Shown here piece by piece: positions 13,850 through 28,096 of a DNA stretch of 64,000 bases. Every line of letters begins with the position of its first letter. Within the stretch, counting starts at the first letter, position 1. The position numbers and the translations under genes are program-made. The stretch spans positions 2,046,001 through 2,110,000 of the forward strand of contig JAQFVV010000009.1 in the NCBI GenBank assembly GCA_028023455.1, written 5' to 3'. Origin of the DNA: Epiperipatus broadwayi (taxonomy: Eukaryota > Animalia > Onychophora). A model generated the notes under the pieces. It saw only the letters and a list, made by a program, of their open reading frames with translations, did no database searches and was not told the origin of the DNA.

Positions 13850-14666
13850 GGGATTTATGGAAGGTATAGAATTCACATTGATTATATAAAAAATGGATTT
13901 AAAAGCAATAAAAGGTTCAGACTATAAAAAAGATGTCCGTGATATATTTATTAAGATGTAGCTTTACATCCTATTCTTAAAATGGAATCATTGGTTTTCC
14001 CCAAATTTCTGGCTTAGGTGACTATAACAATTCAACAATATATCTCCCCTACCCCCTTTATTATAACTTTCTCTGTTTTTAAAACATATATTCTGCTAAG
14101 AATTTAAATAATTACAGCCCACTACCCTATTTAAGAATATGTTTATTTTTATATTGTTATAAAATAGTTAAATTAAAGTAGTAATTAAATCAATAAATAT
14201 TATCCCATGCTTTAATTAATATTTTTAAATAATAACTATTATGTCTTTAATTTTAATAATTTAATAAAAAATATTATGTTAGATATAATCAAAACAACAA
14301 TTTATTGTACAAATTATTACACCCTATTCAAAAAAAAAAAAAATAGGTCTATTTATTTAATGATTTATTTTCTCCCACTCTTTGTTTAACAATAGCTATG
14401 GACTTCTTGAATAATATTGTGTTTAATTTATTATTGAATGTGTCAAGTTATTCCCCTCTATTTATCAATTTAATGTAATCTTTTTTCAAGATCAATTATA
14501 GCAATCTTTGTTAAAGATATTTAGTTTGTATCTTCAAAATCATGAATATAGTAGATTATACTAAGATAAGAAAAAAAATATTGCTCATATTAGTTATTCT
14601 TATTATATTATCAGTATTTAATGAACTGTTTTTTTTTTAAATATTCAAGTTTTTCACAATAATGTT

Positions 14667-15042
14667 TATTATAAACCAAACTGGAGTTGAATAAGTTCCC
14701 TCTAGCTCTGAAAATAAACAAATTCATCTTTTTTAAGTCAACAAACAATACAATTATATAGAATAACCATTCTTTGCTTTCTACTGGTGTTAAACATAGT
14801 TTGCCAATGATGTTGAAATTTAGGAGTGGAAGTGATATTTAAGGCAAATCTGATTATGATAATATTAATCATAAATAACAATCAACTTAAGTAAATGATA
14901 GTATCTCATTTTAAACAATATTTACATTGATAATTTATTACAAGTCAAATTAATAAATAAAGCTTAAATTCATATTGCATTAATGTATATTATAAAATAA
15001 ATTGGAGTCAACTAAGATCACTCTAGCTATGAAAATAAGCAA
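14667..15042. repeat. Diverged ~56-bp direct repeat (~14667-14722 and ~14988-15042)
   Basis: TGGAGT...TAAG.TC.CTCTAGCT.TGAAAATAA.CAAA twice, ~320 bp apart. Confidence 0.6.
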
Positions 15043-15179
15043 AGAAACCATCCTTATGTCAGCAAGCTAGTCAAAGAACAGAGCAGCCATCTATTTTTTT
15101 TTGTGTAGTTTGTTGATATAAGTTTATTTTCACATCTAGAATAAGATTAATCAATTTCATTTTAGTTTATAATATATGT

Positions 15180-16660
15180 TAATATTGTGCCAATTTAATA
15201 TTTATCTGCAAAAAGAAGTTCATGAAATGTGTGAGAGTTCAATAAAAAATTATATGGAAAATAAAGAAGAAATCAAAGTACCTCCTATAATCACTTGCAA
15301 TTATATCTATGAAGAAGGGGAAGGCTCCAGGAAATTGGTTGAATTATTATTGTTATTTTAAATGAAGTAGGTGGAGAAATAGAAAAATTATTAGTAAAAC
15401 TATATACAAATTGTGCGATAAAGAATTACTACATAATTGGAAGAAAGCAATAGTAATATGATATTGAAAAAAGATGATGAAGAAGGCATTAGAAATTTGA
15501 GACTTTTCAGTCTTATCATTTCTATACAAAACCTTTATTAAGACAATTTCAACTTGTCTGTAGAAAATTTTGGGATTCTAACTAACCAAAAAAATAAGCT
15601 TCAGTAAAAAGTGGTTTAGCAGAGTGAATCACATCCAAATATTGAGAGAAGTTATAAAAATGACCAATGAATATGAGTTGCTAATTATGCTTTAGATTTG
15701 TAGATTGTGAAAAGGCATCTGAATATAAATGCATTCTTCCAGTGAATTAAAGCAAGATATAAACAAACTATTTAAATATATAAGTATTTTCATGATGATT
15801 AATGCTTTGAATCATCATTATATAAATTCAAAATATTATATTCTTAAAGAACTTGTATCGAAATGCAACTGTAATGACAAGAAATATTTCATGGGTTAAA
15901 ATAGGAAGCTAAAAGAGTATTTAAGTCATCTAGATTTTTCAGATGATGTCGTTATTTTTGCAAGTAATGTTTCAGAAATTCAGAAAATGTTGCAAGAAAA
16001 AAAAAATAGGACTATTGATAAATGCTAAAAAGACTAAAGAAATGTTCAATGGATTTTCTGAGAAAAAAGAAAATAATAATAATCATGAATTAAAAGAAGT
16101 TGTTGATTACAAATACTTTGGTTGCAATGTTAATATAAAAGAGAATACAATGGATGAAATTAATCATGTGGGCAAACATGTATGGAGTGATTTTGATACA
16201 AATAACTTCATATTAAAAGAATCATGTTTGAAATTTTTAATATATATTTTTTACCAGGTGTTACTTATAGATCTGAGAGATGGACATTTAATAAAAGAAG
16301 AATACAAAGACTTCAGATCATTCAGTGAAGAATGGGGAGATGTATGTTAGGAGAAACAAAAAGAGATCAAAAATGAAATACATGCATGAGAGAACAAATA
16401 GATAACACTGATATCATTGAAAGAATTAAGAGACTGAAATGGAGCTGAGCTAAACATATTGCTGAAAGAGATGATGATATATAGTCCGTTGAAAGTGTAA
16501 ACTGGATCCCGAGAAAAGATCTAGAAAAAAGGCCACATGTGAGATGGATGATTGAAATAAAAGGCTGGAATTTATGGATGAGTGACTAGAGATAAAAGGA
16601 GCTGGATTAAATTTGGAGAATGTCATGATGAATTATTAATAGTTGAAAATGATGATGATG
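15180..16660 (+). mobile_element. Decayed RTE-clade LINE, RT plus 3' end
   Basis: VPPIIT linker, NWKKAIV, FVDCEKA, HLDFSDDVVIFA (~15928), GLLINAKKTK, YKYFG, LKWS.AKHI, WIPR. Ends in (GAT)n at ~16650-16660. Confidence 0.85.
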
Positions 16661-17799
16661 TAACATGTTTATTATTTTAATTTTATATATATTCCAAAAT
16701 TAAATAAAAAATATTACTTATTTATCATCATGACTGCCATATTGAATTTCTATACTTTTGGTTCAAGATACAATTTTTATATGAATAGCAAGAAAATTGG
16801 AAAAATATATCAATTATCATAAAATAAAAAATGTAAACATTTAAAAAATCATTAATATTAATTTGTATATTACAAATTTTCATAAATGATTTTTAAAATT
16901 GACATTATAGTAACAATTATATTTCTCTTAAATTATAATTATAATTATAAAATTACAATTAAATAAATAAATCAAATAGTTTATTGCTTAGAAGTTTATA
17001 AAATGTCTCAAGCACCAGAAGTGACAGAGCTGGGTCTGGTCCTTGGATCTTGAGCTCCAAAGTCTACTGCTCAACTACTGTCCAAATATCATTTTTTCTT
17101 AATAAAACAAAATAAAAATTACATATTGTAATAACTTCTCAAGTATATTTATTAAAATTAATACTGAAAAATTATAATTGGAAAATGCAATTATATATGC
17201 ATATATTATTAACTATGAATATGTTGACTCACACATATACATATCAACAGTTACTCGCATAGGTTGCTAACTTTTTTTTCTTTTTCTTTTCCACTAATAT
17301 AAGTTAAATAATCCATGGTTTCTTGCTTAAATTGAATTTTTACTTAAGTTGAACTCTCAACTAAGGTAGCAAAATAAACACCACAGGTAATATTCACAAT
17401 CATGAGATAAATATTAACTAAAACTGTATTGACCTATACATTGTTTTAAAATTATTTGTGTTTTGTGTGCATTAGAAATTATTTATATAAGCCTGTATTC
17501 ATGTAAGTAGGAGGCTGCTTATAATAATTTCCTCGTATGAAAAATAATTCATCAAAGTATTAAAAAAACAAAATTATTTATTATTAGCAACAGCCACTTG
17601 CAAATGAATATAGTCATCCCAAGTCCAAAAAATAACTAGAGATAGTTTTGTGATGTCTATATAAATCAATCCTTGAACTGCAAGTACATTCACATATAGA
17701 ATATTCTGGTCCATTATTTTATGTGTTTGGTATTTTGCAATGTTGTTTTTTAACTTCTGCAATAAACTTTTCTTTCTGAAAGACTTCAACATTGTGTCT

Positions 17800-20430
17800 A
17801 ATTATAACTTTTCAATGCATACTAATCTCAACCATATAATTCCAATGAAAATGATCATCATTGCACTTTTTTAGAATGTTTTTGAGACAATTTTTATAAA
17901 GTAAATAGAGTTTGGATCTTCCACAAATGTCTAATCCAATGAAGTTGTGATTTTACAATAGAATTCTATAGTATCATATCCAACAAGTTGAAAACTTAAG
18001 TGAAATGTTTATAATGCCTTTATGTTATGTTGATAAGAGTCTCCAAATATCACTTCCATACAGTAAATCAAGTAAAAGAATTGTGGTACTCTATTTTTAA
18101 CTTGTCAAAAACATTCAGCAACAAATTGGAGTTTGTGTTGCACATCAGTGTGTAAGTCAACTTTCTACTTAAAAAGCTATCAAGTTATGTAAATTGACTT
18201 TATTCTCAAAGTGACAATATCTCTACTGAATTTTGATTCCTCATTTATTAAGCTGAGTATAAACCATTTCAAAAATCACTGCAATAAAAATTGAAAACAA
18301 AGTTTGAGTTAGCATACATCCTCATTTAATAGCAATTTTTATTTCAAATACTTCAGATTTTCCACCTGTAATATTAACTCTTCCTTTCATTTTATCATGT
18401 AGAAGTTAAGTAATACATATAAACTTTCACAGACAACAAACTAATTTCAAATACTGCCTAATATAGTTAATTGAGTCAAATGCTTTGATTACATTAATAA
18501 AAGCAATATATAAACTATTCTTTTGTTCTGCATTTGTCTGGCAATAATAAACTATATCTGTAATGCTTTTTGATTCTTCAAACTACACTAAATCTCTGAT
18601 AATCATTCATCTATGACTGAAGAAAATCCTTGTATCTTCGTTGAGATCAATAATAATGATATGCTATGATAATTACTGCAATCTTATCTATTCTTTTTTT
18701 TTTTTTTAAAAAAAAAAAAATGGAACAATTTCAGTAATCCTAAAAAATTCCAGTATTTTTGAAGGTAAAGGTCACCATATTTTAAAAACTTCTCTAGGTA
18801 TTTTCATTAACTTGCAGTTTTTACATTTTTAAGATTACAAAGAATTGTTTTGACATCATTAAACTGGATATTTTTATTCAAGTCTAAGTGAATATATAAA
18901 ATGAATATTTCATTCAAAGTCATAATTTCAATTTTTGTATCAATTCAGAATATGATCAAAATGCTCTTTTTATCTGTTCAAAATATCATTATCTTATAAA
19001 ATAGTGTCATTGCTGAATTTAAAAAGGTGATGATATCACTTCTCATGACCATATATTATTTTCAGGACATAAAAAATGATCCATTACCCACAATCAATTA
19101 ATAATTATATCTTCTTTGTAGTTTTAATCCTTCAGTTATTTTTAAGTCTTCTTGTCAGTTGTTGAACTTCTGCCTTTATTATGAAACTTTATCTATAACA
19201 TTTGTATTATTCACAAAGAAAATTCCTTATGTTTCATTTTAATTAAGTCCGTAATAATAATAATAATGTCAGAAAACAACTGGTAGTTTTTTTTTTACTT
19301 GTATCTCATAGTCTTTAAGATAAGGTTCTTGCCTCAATAACATAACAATTCTGAAAGTCCAAATAAGCAATTTTAATATTTAGTGTTTAATAGCTGTTAA
19401 GCAGATACTTCTAAAAAATATATATCATTTTTTCTTGCAAATGTAATTGGAATAAGATCTATTCTTTTAATGCAACAATTATTTTAATCTTGGCACAATC
19501 TGATCTATGATTTATTCAATAATTTATACTTGTAAGGACTCATATAATATGAATTCTCTCATATTCTGATTTCTAACTATAATATAAAGTTTAAATGCTG
19601 GATGGAAATAGTCCAATATATAAATACAATTAAAATATCATCATCACAGACCTTCAGGAAAATACTGGATATATAACATGTTTCTTCATAGTTATTTTTT
19701 CTGCTTAACAAAATGTTGTATAATCAATCCATGAGTCATGTAAATTAATAACAACAGCTCATTGGAATTTACAACAATATTGCTATTTCTAACTTGTGGC
19801 AAAATCAATTATTTGTACTTAGCTAAACATTAAATTTTTAAGGAAGAAAAATTTAATCTTTTAATGGGATTGTTATAATAATGCTATCCAACAAGAAATA
19901 AAAGGCTTCTCTGAATCTAATTTTGGAGAATATGCACTAATATACCAAGTTTTAACACCATTAATTTTTTGTTGATACATTGAAGCAACCTTAAAATAGA
20001 AGATATGAATTAGACTTTGTAGCAAATTCAACATCATGTGGATTTCTTTTATTTGTTGATTTGCCCTTCCAAAAAAAAACTTGTAAACATCTGCCTGTTC
20101 TATTAAACTTTTTTTTCCTCTGGAAGATCAGTTTTGCTAAGAAGATCTTTATTTACTACTCATCCTGCTTTACTATTATTACTAGTATTATTTCTATCAC
20201 TTTAATGAATAAGTTAGCAATCATTCCAACCTAGACAGTCATTTCTAAAACATCATTTTTAGGTTTCTTCATTTTCATGGTAGCCTGAGGAATCTTAAAA
20301 AGGCTCAGAATATATAATCTTTGCCAAGTGAAAACTGTTCTCCTAAACCAGTCTAGTCAATTTTTAGTGATTGTATTGCCTCAAGCAAAAACACAAGTAA
20401 GGATTGCCAGTTTACTAACCTAACCCTGAC
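17800..20430 (-). mobile_element. Decayed near-full-length RTE (BovB-like) LINE with internal RT deletion
   Basis: Endonuclease-like FFWKGK..., SAYSP (~19900-20100); DCSNYHSISLL (18648-18683); LYIAFINVIKAFDSIN (18467-18515); LLYGSDIW (18041-18069). FADD segment missing. Confidence 0.8.
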
Positions 20431-21779
20431 ATTGCTATTTTAATTCTTGAGGACTAGCGCTAAAATGTGAAAAAGAAATTGCTATCAGAACTGCAGTGAT
20501 GTATTTAAAAGAAGGAAGTGCAATTGTACAAACATGTAACTGCATTATGACAGCATAGTGAGACTATGGATAACCAGGTCCTATACTAATTTAAATGATT
20601 GAAAACATAAGGAAAAAAAGGAGACAAAAATTGTTTACATTGGAAACAATACCTAATCTTGGATGAACTAACTTTTTTAATGCACAAGCAAGCAAGAACT
20701 ATTCTTCAGCCCTATTTACTAGCTATAGTTAACCGTCACATTCAAAGATCATTCTGTAGACTTTATTCATCGTAGTGTAGACACAGCACCTGTAATCTAT
20801 AATTATCAATTGCTTACAAATGATCATACAGTTTTTCCATTATTTATTTTAAATATGAGGTAAAACATCTTTAAAATATATTACTTTACAAAAAAAAAAT
20901 ATAATAAAAAATATCTTTAATTTACAAAAATATAATTACTACTGATGGAAAACTTATTAAATACTATGTAAAATGATATATCAAATACCTAAATTGTCTG
21001 TATCCCTTTCCTTTCAATGTGAATAAAAACAACTATTATTTTAATTGAGACTATTTATGTATTTGATAACGGAGAAGAAAATATTTAAATAAATCTGTAA
21101 CTCATACTTTGTTGCAAAGTTTACATCTAGATAATAGAAGTTTCTGAATTATATGAAGCCGGATTATTGATAGTCTTTCTGTAATAAGCAATGATTATGA
21201 CTTTGAAATATAATAACTTATATACAATTATATCAATAAACCATATAAAAGAAAATATCAATAGTATTAAATACAATCTTAATGCTTTTCAGCACAGAGC
21301 ATCCTTACCCAAAATAAAAAGAGAAATAAATTTTTTTACATGTACAATTAAATGTAGTGTATATTTTCTTTTTCTTTTTTTTAATTTTGAGCATACTGTT
21401 TGCCTCTCTCTGTGTATATTTATATGTATATATAAATAATCTTTGTGTTAATCAATGATTTCAGCACTCCCACTTTATTAGATTGCTTAACCAACAGTTT
21501 TGCATTGACTGAGTACTCTAGAAAAGTTGCGATGCTGCAATGTTTATTAACAATTTGTGTTTTGTTGATTAACACTGGAAATTTTATATAAACTTGAAAA
21601 TAACATTTATTATCTATGTATAAGTAACAATACCAAATTTTGTTTTTAACCTAATACTCAATCTAAGCATTAATAACCATCAAATTTACTTTTGACTATT
21701 TGTTAGACAAATGATTTAAAAAGCTTGAAAATGTCAGTTCTATCCCAAATGTACAAAATTATTATAAGTTGCTTAAGAG

Positions 21780-22322
21780 TCTGGGTATAAAAATGCTGTG
21801 TCTGCAAGTATGACTGGGCGGACAGCAAATGAATATATACAATAAAAGACTCACAATATTTTTAAGTAATCAGAATAGCGAATAGTCCACAACAACTATT
21901 TCTATAATTCGCTAATGCTCAATTCCCTCAATGTACATTCAGGCTGGCTGCTACAAAAATGGTTCACAATGGGCTAGGTTTATGCACACCTTGGCCCAGT
22001 CCAGTTTAGCTGCACACGAATGCTTCATAGTATAGCACTGTGACTGACCTTAAGCTCCTTACAGCTTCCGTCTCTGCAACAGTCTACTAGTAACTCCACT
22101 TGAAAACTGCTGGAAACTTAACTCTTTATTCAGCTCCCGTCTGGACAGTTTCCTCAGGCTACGGTCTCCCAATCTCTGTGAGCCCTTTCAGCTATACCTG
22201 TGAACTACATTTCCACTGAGCACTGGACATTAACCAAAGCACTGACATGAGATCTCTCCCACCGGAATTGAACAGGAAAGTCTACTGGAGATGCACTCAA
22301 ATGGCCTGACATAGTTGTTACA
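21780..22322 (-). repeat. Unclassified GC-richer repeat, possible solo LTR
   Basis: - strand starts TGTAACA and contains AATAAAGAG; no matching CA end or TSD found. Confidence 0.25.
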
Positions 22323-25300
22323 TACTCTTTTTCTAGAATTCTGATAACTGCAACGATTAATTACATTCTCCAATAAGGTAAGGTCTCTTATCTAGCAATA
22401 TTTGCAATCAGCAAATATTTCTTGGAATTGTCGATCACCATTACATTAATGCTTTAATTAAATTCCTCATTTATCAGTATGCAATCTAAAAACAATCTCT
22501 CGAATAAATTCTAGTTTTTCTAGAGTGCACAAACTTGTATGCAATTTTTACAAAAATACAACAAAAAATTATTAAATTTTTCAACAATCCATTTGCAGAT
22601 AAAATGATTTATATAGTTAAATAGATTTACAAAATATAACATCAAGCTTTATTTTTATAGAAATATCATTGGTTTAATCTTTGAATTCGCTATTAGTGTA
22701 TTGTAACTTTGTTAACAGAGCTTTATTAATCTATTTTGAAAGTTATCTATACAAATCATTTGATTTATATATATATATATAAATAAACATTAAAGAGCAT
22801 ATTAGCTAATTTCTTTAATGACATGACCCCCTCATCACCTAGAGGAACAATAAAGAAAAAGGCATTATTCATCAAATTTGGTACTGCTAGATATTAAGTC
22901 TTTTAATAATTTACTACTCTTGTTTGTTCTCTAGCTAAGAATGGCTGGATTCTCATTTATCAATCAATATTAGATACCAGCTGGGTTTGTTATGATACTG
23001 TTGCTTGAAAGAAAAATCTTAGATTTATTAGAATTCTTAAAAAGTTTTGAGGTTTGTCTAATCCAGATGCAAACTCTAATTATAGAAATAATAAGTGGAT
23101 GAACAACTATAAAACTCCCCTCTCTCTATATATATATAAATATAGTATTTGCAATGGCTTTATAACGAACAATTAAAAATAGAAGCTTTTACTAATTTTG
23201 TTAAGAATTTGATTTTTTTTTAATGCTTGATTTCACTTTTTACTATTAAAGTAACTTTTGAATCATACAGATATATATATTGAGATGGATAGTGATTTAT
23301 CTCAATCTGTAATTTATTTTAAAAATACAATAGTTGGTGGTTGTGAATCAAATTCAAGTTTCATTATGTTTTTTCTATAGATTTGTATTATGTAAGAACA
23401 CACACATCAAAGGTCTTAGTTTAAAATCAAATTAAATTGATTTTAATTTAGTTTTAAAAAGATAAAGAAACTGATGTATTTTAACTAATTATATTTCAAA
23501 TTAATCTATTTTAAAATTTATGTTATGGGAACAAAGCTTAATTAAATATTAATCTATAAAATTTGACTCAATTAGCTTTTATTATTATTAATTAAAATTC
23601 TTGAAAAACCAATTGCTTTTAAGCTCTATTTAGGTTCTGAAAATGTCAATTAAATATATTTTAGAGATTAAGAAAGCTAAGTGTCATCCATAAATATGGG
23701 CTTGTTTAATTAATTAAAGAAATTTGTAAACATGAATTAAAATAATTATTGATCTGTTTAATTAGAGAATTTTGTATACAGGGGTAATTAAAATAAGGGT
23801 AATTAAAATAATTACTGGCTTGTTTATTTAAAGAATTTTATAAACATGGGCTTTTTAATTAAAGAAAAAATGTTTCGCAAAATGGACACTGAAAATATTT
23901 GAGAGTTGTTTTGGTCTTTGCTTTTGCCTGCTTACCATGATGTGTACTGAGCATTTACCAGTAGTTGAATTAGTAAATATGCATTCCTGATTCCGCAAAT
24001 GAACTTCATTTCTCTAGTATGTAGCCCATAACCATTAAGTCATCAAACTCCGTTTCATGAATTTAATCCAATACCATGCTAATTATTTTTATATATGCAC
24101 CTAAACAGATGTGCTTCTCAATGGTAAAAGGAAAAATTTCATGACAATTCTACCTGAAAACAATCCAATTGGGACTAAGATTGGAAACCTGTAAATGGTA
24201 AGACTTCACTAGTGAATTACTAAAAAGCTCTATTTTTGAAAATATACATAAATCAAATTCCACTTTTAAAGAAAAATAATATCTACTTAGTCATATTTTT
24301 TGGATTTAAAGGTAACCTTTTATTTATTGAATTATTTGATAAACTTTTATTACCAACAAACCAGTTATATTTATAATTTAATTTAGATGATTTTATGTAT
24401 TTATCTTTTATATTAATGTATTTTAATACTTAGACATTATAAAACTTAATTTTGTCAGTATATTTGATGGCATGGTCAGCTTTGAATATATTTATTAAAT
24501 ATTTTTCTATTTTAGAAGTACAAGATGTGATTTATTTTAAAAATTTAGTTGGGTAAAATAGTTTATATTTTAAATAGGCAAGAGATAAAAAATCAATTTT
24601 GTTTCTTTAATTGTTTTTTCTAAAGATTTTTTAAAAATCACATCCACAATTATTAATAATCAAAATTTAATTTTAAAATAATCGACACTTAGTTTTGGAT
24701 CGATGTTGCTTTTAAAGAAAAAGTTTTTTAAAAAAAGAAATATATGAAGATTTGGTTATTTTTTAAATAGTTTAAATTTAGTATAATTAAAATTTAGTGT
24801 CTCACTGAAGATAGTCAAAAAATTATCATGCCTAGTATGATGTGCACATAACTATATATATATATCATTTATTAAGTTGATTTTATTGCATAAATTTGTT
24901 GGCAGTTTGCCCTGTTTACTTGTTTGATTCACATGTCTAAAATTAAAGATTGATATATAAATATATGGGTGTGCCTTTTCATATAGTGATCCTTAGATAT
25001 TTTATCCACCAAACTTAAATTTTCTGCATGTTTATTTGCCTTCCCATGATATATATTATTCCTGCTTGAGATATTCATGATTGATTTTGCTTCAGGTTCA
25101 GAGATATTTCTCCCCATAAATTGTATTTTTGCTTTGTACTCTGGGTGATTAAGAGGGCTATTTATTGTTCCATTTTGATGTGGTATGAGATCAGATGCAC
25201 AATGTATAGATCTAAATTTATAATGGTGTGCATGGTGAGAACATTTATAGTGAATTTGTTATTGATTCTTTTAATGTAAAAGTGAAATATATATGTACAT

Positions 25301-25699
25301 ACATCTTATCGTAGAACACCTATCTAATCGAATCAAATAAATAACAGAGTACTTAACAATCTTCAGAGATGATATAGCATTATCACATAAAGTTATTAAA
25401 ATTTAAATCTGCCAGATATCAAATGCACTATATACAACATACAAAAGGGGCAATTACAATTGAAATATGTTTGTATTTGAACTGTATTGAACTGTTAAAT
25501 GTTTTGTTTATTTTTAGATCTGTTTTAGTGTTTGTTTACTATTATCTGCTCTGCCAATTGATATTTTCAAAGAACTTCTGCTCTCCATGTCTAGAGGCAA
25601 TTTTAAATGTCTATGAGTAATGGTGCAGTTGTGTATGCATTTATACTTATTATCCTCAAAAATTCTCATATTGTGATGTATTGTGATGCACTGTGATTT

Positions 25700-26090
25700 C
25701 TTATATGAAGTCAGGAATCTCTCAGCAACTATGCCCAGAAAAACTTGTTAGCCATTTTACCTTCCCTTTCCATTCCCTACTATAAGGTTCCCCATATCGT
25801 GCTCCATCCCATTTCCACAACATAATGACTTTTATATCTAAATCCCCTTTATCTTTTCCCAAACCCAGCATAAAAATCAATAACCTACTTTCTGTACAAT
25901 CACTTTCCTTATATATTTGTATCCTTTCTACTTTCAGGCATTTACATTCAATTAACAGATGCCTAATATTTTCTAGTCTTTCCTTACACAACTTGCAGAC
26001 TAAATCATATTCTAGGCTTTATATCTAGTGGCATCTTCTGGTGTTGAATATTAGTGTGCCTACTGTCCACTACAACATGTACTATAAGCT
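25700..26090 (-). mobile_element. 3' end of non-LTR retrotransposon ORF2 with CCHC zinc knuckle
   Basis: GTLIFNTR...VCKLCKERLENIRHLLIECKCL (overlaps ORF 25722-25991). Confidence 0.6.
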
Positions 26091-27803
26091 AGTATAAAAG
26101 CTGTTTTGATAGAGTATGTAGATAAAGTAATTAGTGAAGTATTAACATGGAAATAAATGACTTGGAATCAAATCAAATAAAAACACAGAATTTATCTATT
26201 ATGCCTAAAATCATAAGAAATACTACTTTATTTCAGAAGTTTATTACATATAAATTCAAAAAAGAATAAAATAGAATTAGTAAATAATAAGATTGATATT
26301 ATTGTAATTGGGAGGGGGGGTGCACGGAAATTTGTTATTATTGAATGCAAATAATACAATTTATGAAATATATAAAGATACAAACAGAAAGCCACAATAT
26401 TAAATAAGTATATATGTGCAAACACCATACTTATGGTATTTGGCAGCAATGGGAGAATAATAAATCCAAAAACCTTAGAACTAAGTTTTATTAATAATTT
26501 AATATAAGAGATTTTTGAGAATCATATTTCTCTATTGTATAACATCATGTTAATTTTTGGTGCAATGTTAACTTTTTAGTACAGTATTATCTTATTTCAC
26601 CTAGCTATTTTTTTAATATCGTGAAAGTGAAGTACTTGTAATTTTTCAAGATCAGTACTGAATAAATACAAATTAAAAAAATAATAATTATATTTTGAAT
26701 AGTGAGTTATAATAATTACAGTTGAAATATAATATTAAAACTGCTATTTCAGTTTTATAAATTTTATAAAAAATATTTAAATTATTATTTTTTTACTAAT
26801 TTTGTATAAAGTTGGAAATGTAAAAATAAGTTGTGTAAATTAATTAAAGAATTAACAAAAAACAGAATTAAAATAGAAATTATCAAAAAAACAATTTAAA
26901 TCCCTGGTCACTGTGTAACAATAAGTTAGCTTGACTTTTGAGCATCAGATAAACTAATTGTAACAAAATGGATAGCATTATGGAAAAGGCTAAAATTTTA
27001 GTTGATTGTCAAGTTCTTGAAATTATTAGAGTTTTAGAAGTTCATTAGAGAAATACTTCCTCGAGTTCTAGATTAACCAAGGGAGATCTGCAATAGTGAG
27101 ATCTTAGATCAGGAAATAGAGATCTCTTTTATTAAAAATTTATTAGAAACATTAGCTAGATTGAAAGTCAATAATATCAATAGTCTATTTAATTTTCTCG
27201 CCAAATAACGAACCCTTATCATGAAGTGCTAAAAATTCTTTATTTGAGCATGTAAGTTTGTTAACCTGAAAAATAATTAAGGAAAATAGATGTTTTAATA
27301 AAGAGACCTTATACAAAGCTAGAAGTACTTGTTTTATATTTTGCATTGTAATAGATTATCTTGATTTCTATAAACCCACAAAAACTACTGAAAATACAAT
27401 AAGATTTTAATCAAATCTGACATTTAACTTTCATATGAAGGACATTTATCAGCAAGAAGAAAACTAAAGATTTATTTTGCAAGTATATTCCTCTATAAAT
27501 CATAGAATCTTAATTGTGCTCACAAACTTTTGAAAATAGAATTGGTAAGAATTATCTATCTTAAAATCATAAGACATCTAAATTAAATTTATGTAATAGT
27601 TTTGTTAAAAAAATAATACCTTTCTCTTGAAAAGCAAGTATTCAGTTGTGGAATACTTTCTGATTAATATTCTTTTGTGCATTTTTTTTTTAAAATTATG
27701 CCATGGTTTAGAAAATTTTATTTGAATATCAATATTTAGTAATTAATTTAATCATAGACCACCTAAGTCCAAATACACACTTTTCTCATGTTAATGTCAA
27801 TTT

Positions 27804-28096
27804 TAAAAAACCTTAAAACATCACGTGATCTCTATCTCACATGCTTGCTCATAACTGTTGTTAAAATAGACAAAAACTCTCTCCATACAGTAGTGCCACT
27901 CAAAGCAAGACAGAGGGTTGCATTAGATCCTAAAATCTAGGTGCAGTGCTCTCAGATCCAAGGCTCCTCACTGACGAAGGCCATAAGCCAGAAACTAGTT
28001 TTGGGATATTGGATGAGTAGGCACTAGATAGGGATTTTATGCACAAAGCCTTCTGGCATCCATTGATTACTCTGTCTTGAGTCGCACTTGCCTTTT
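27804..28096 (-). mobile_element. Family A element with hammerhead on + strand (27965-28006)
   Basis: Terminal motif AAAACATCACGTGATC at 27815-27830. HHR TCCTCA CTGACGA AGGCCATAAGCCA GAAA CTA GTT TTGGGA. Perfect TSD TTAATGTCAATTT at 27791-27803 / 28097-28109. Confidence 0.85.
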
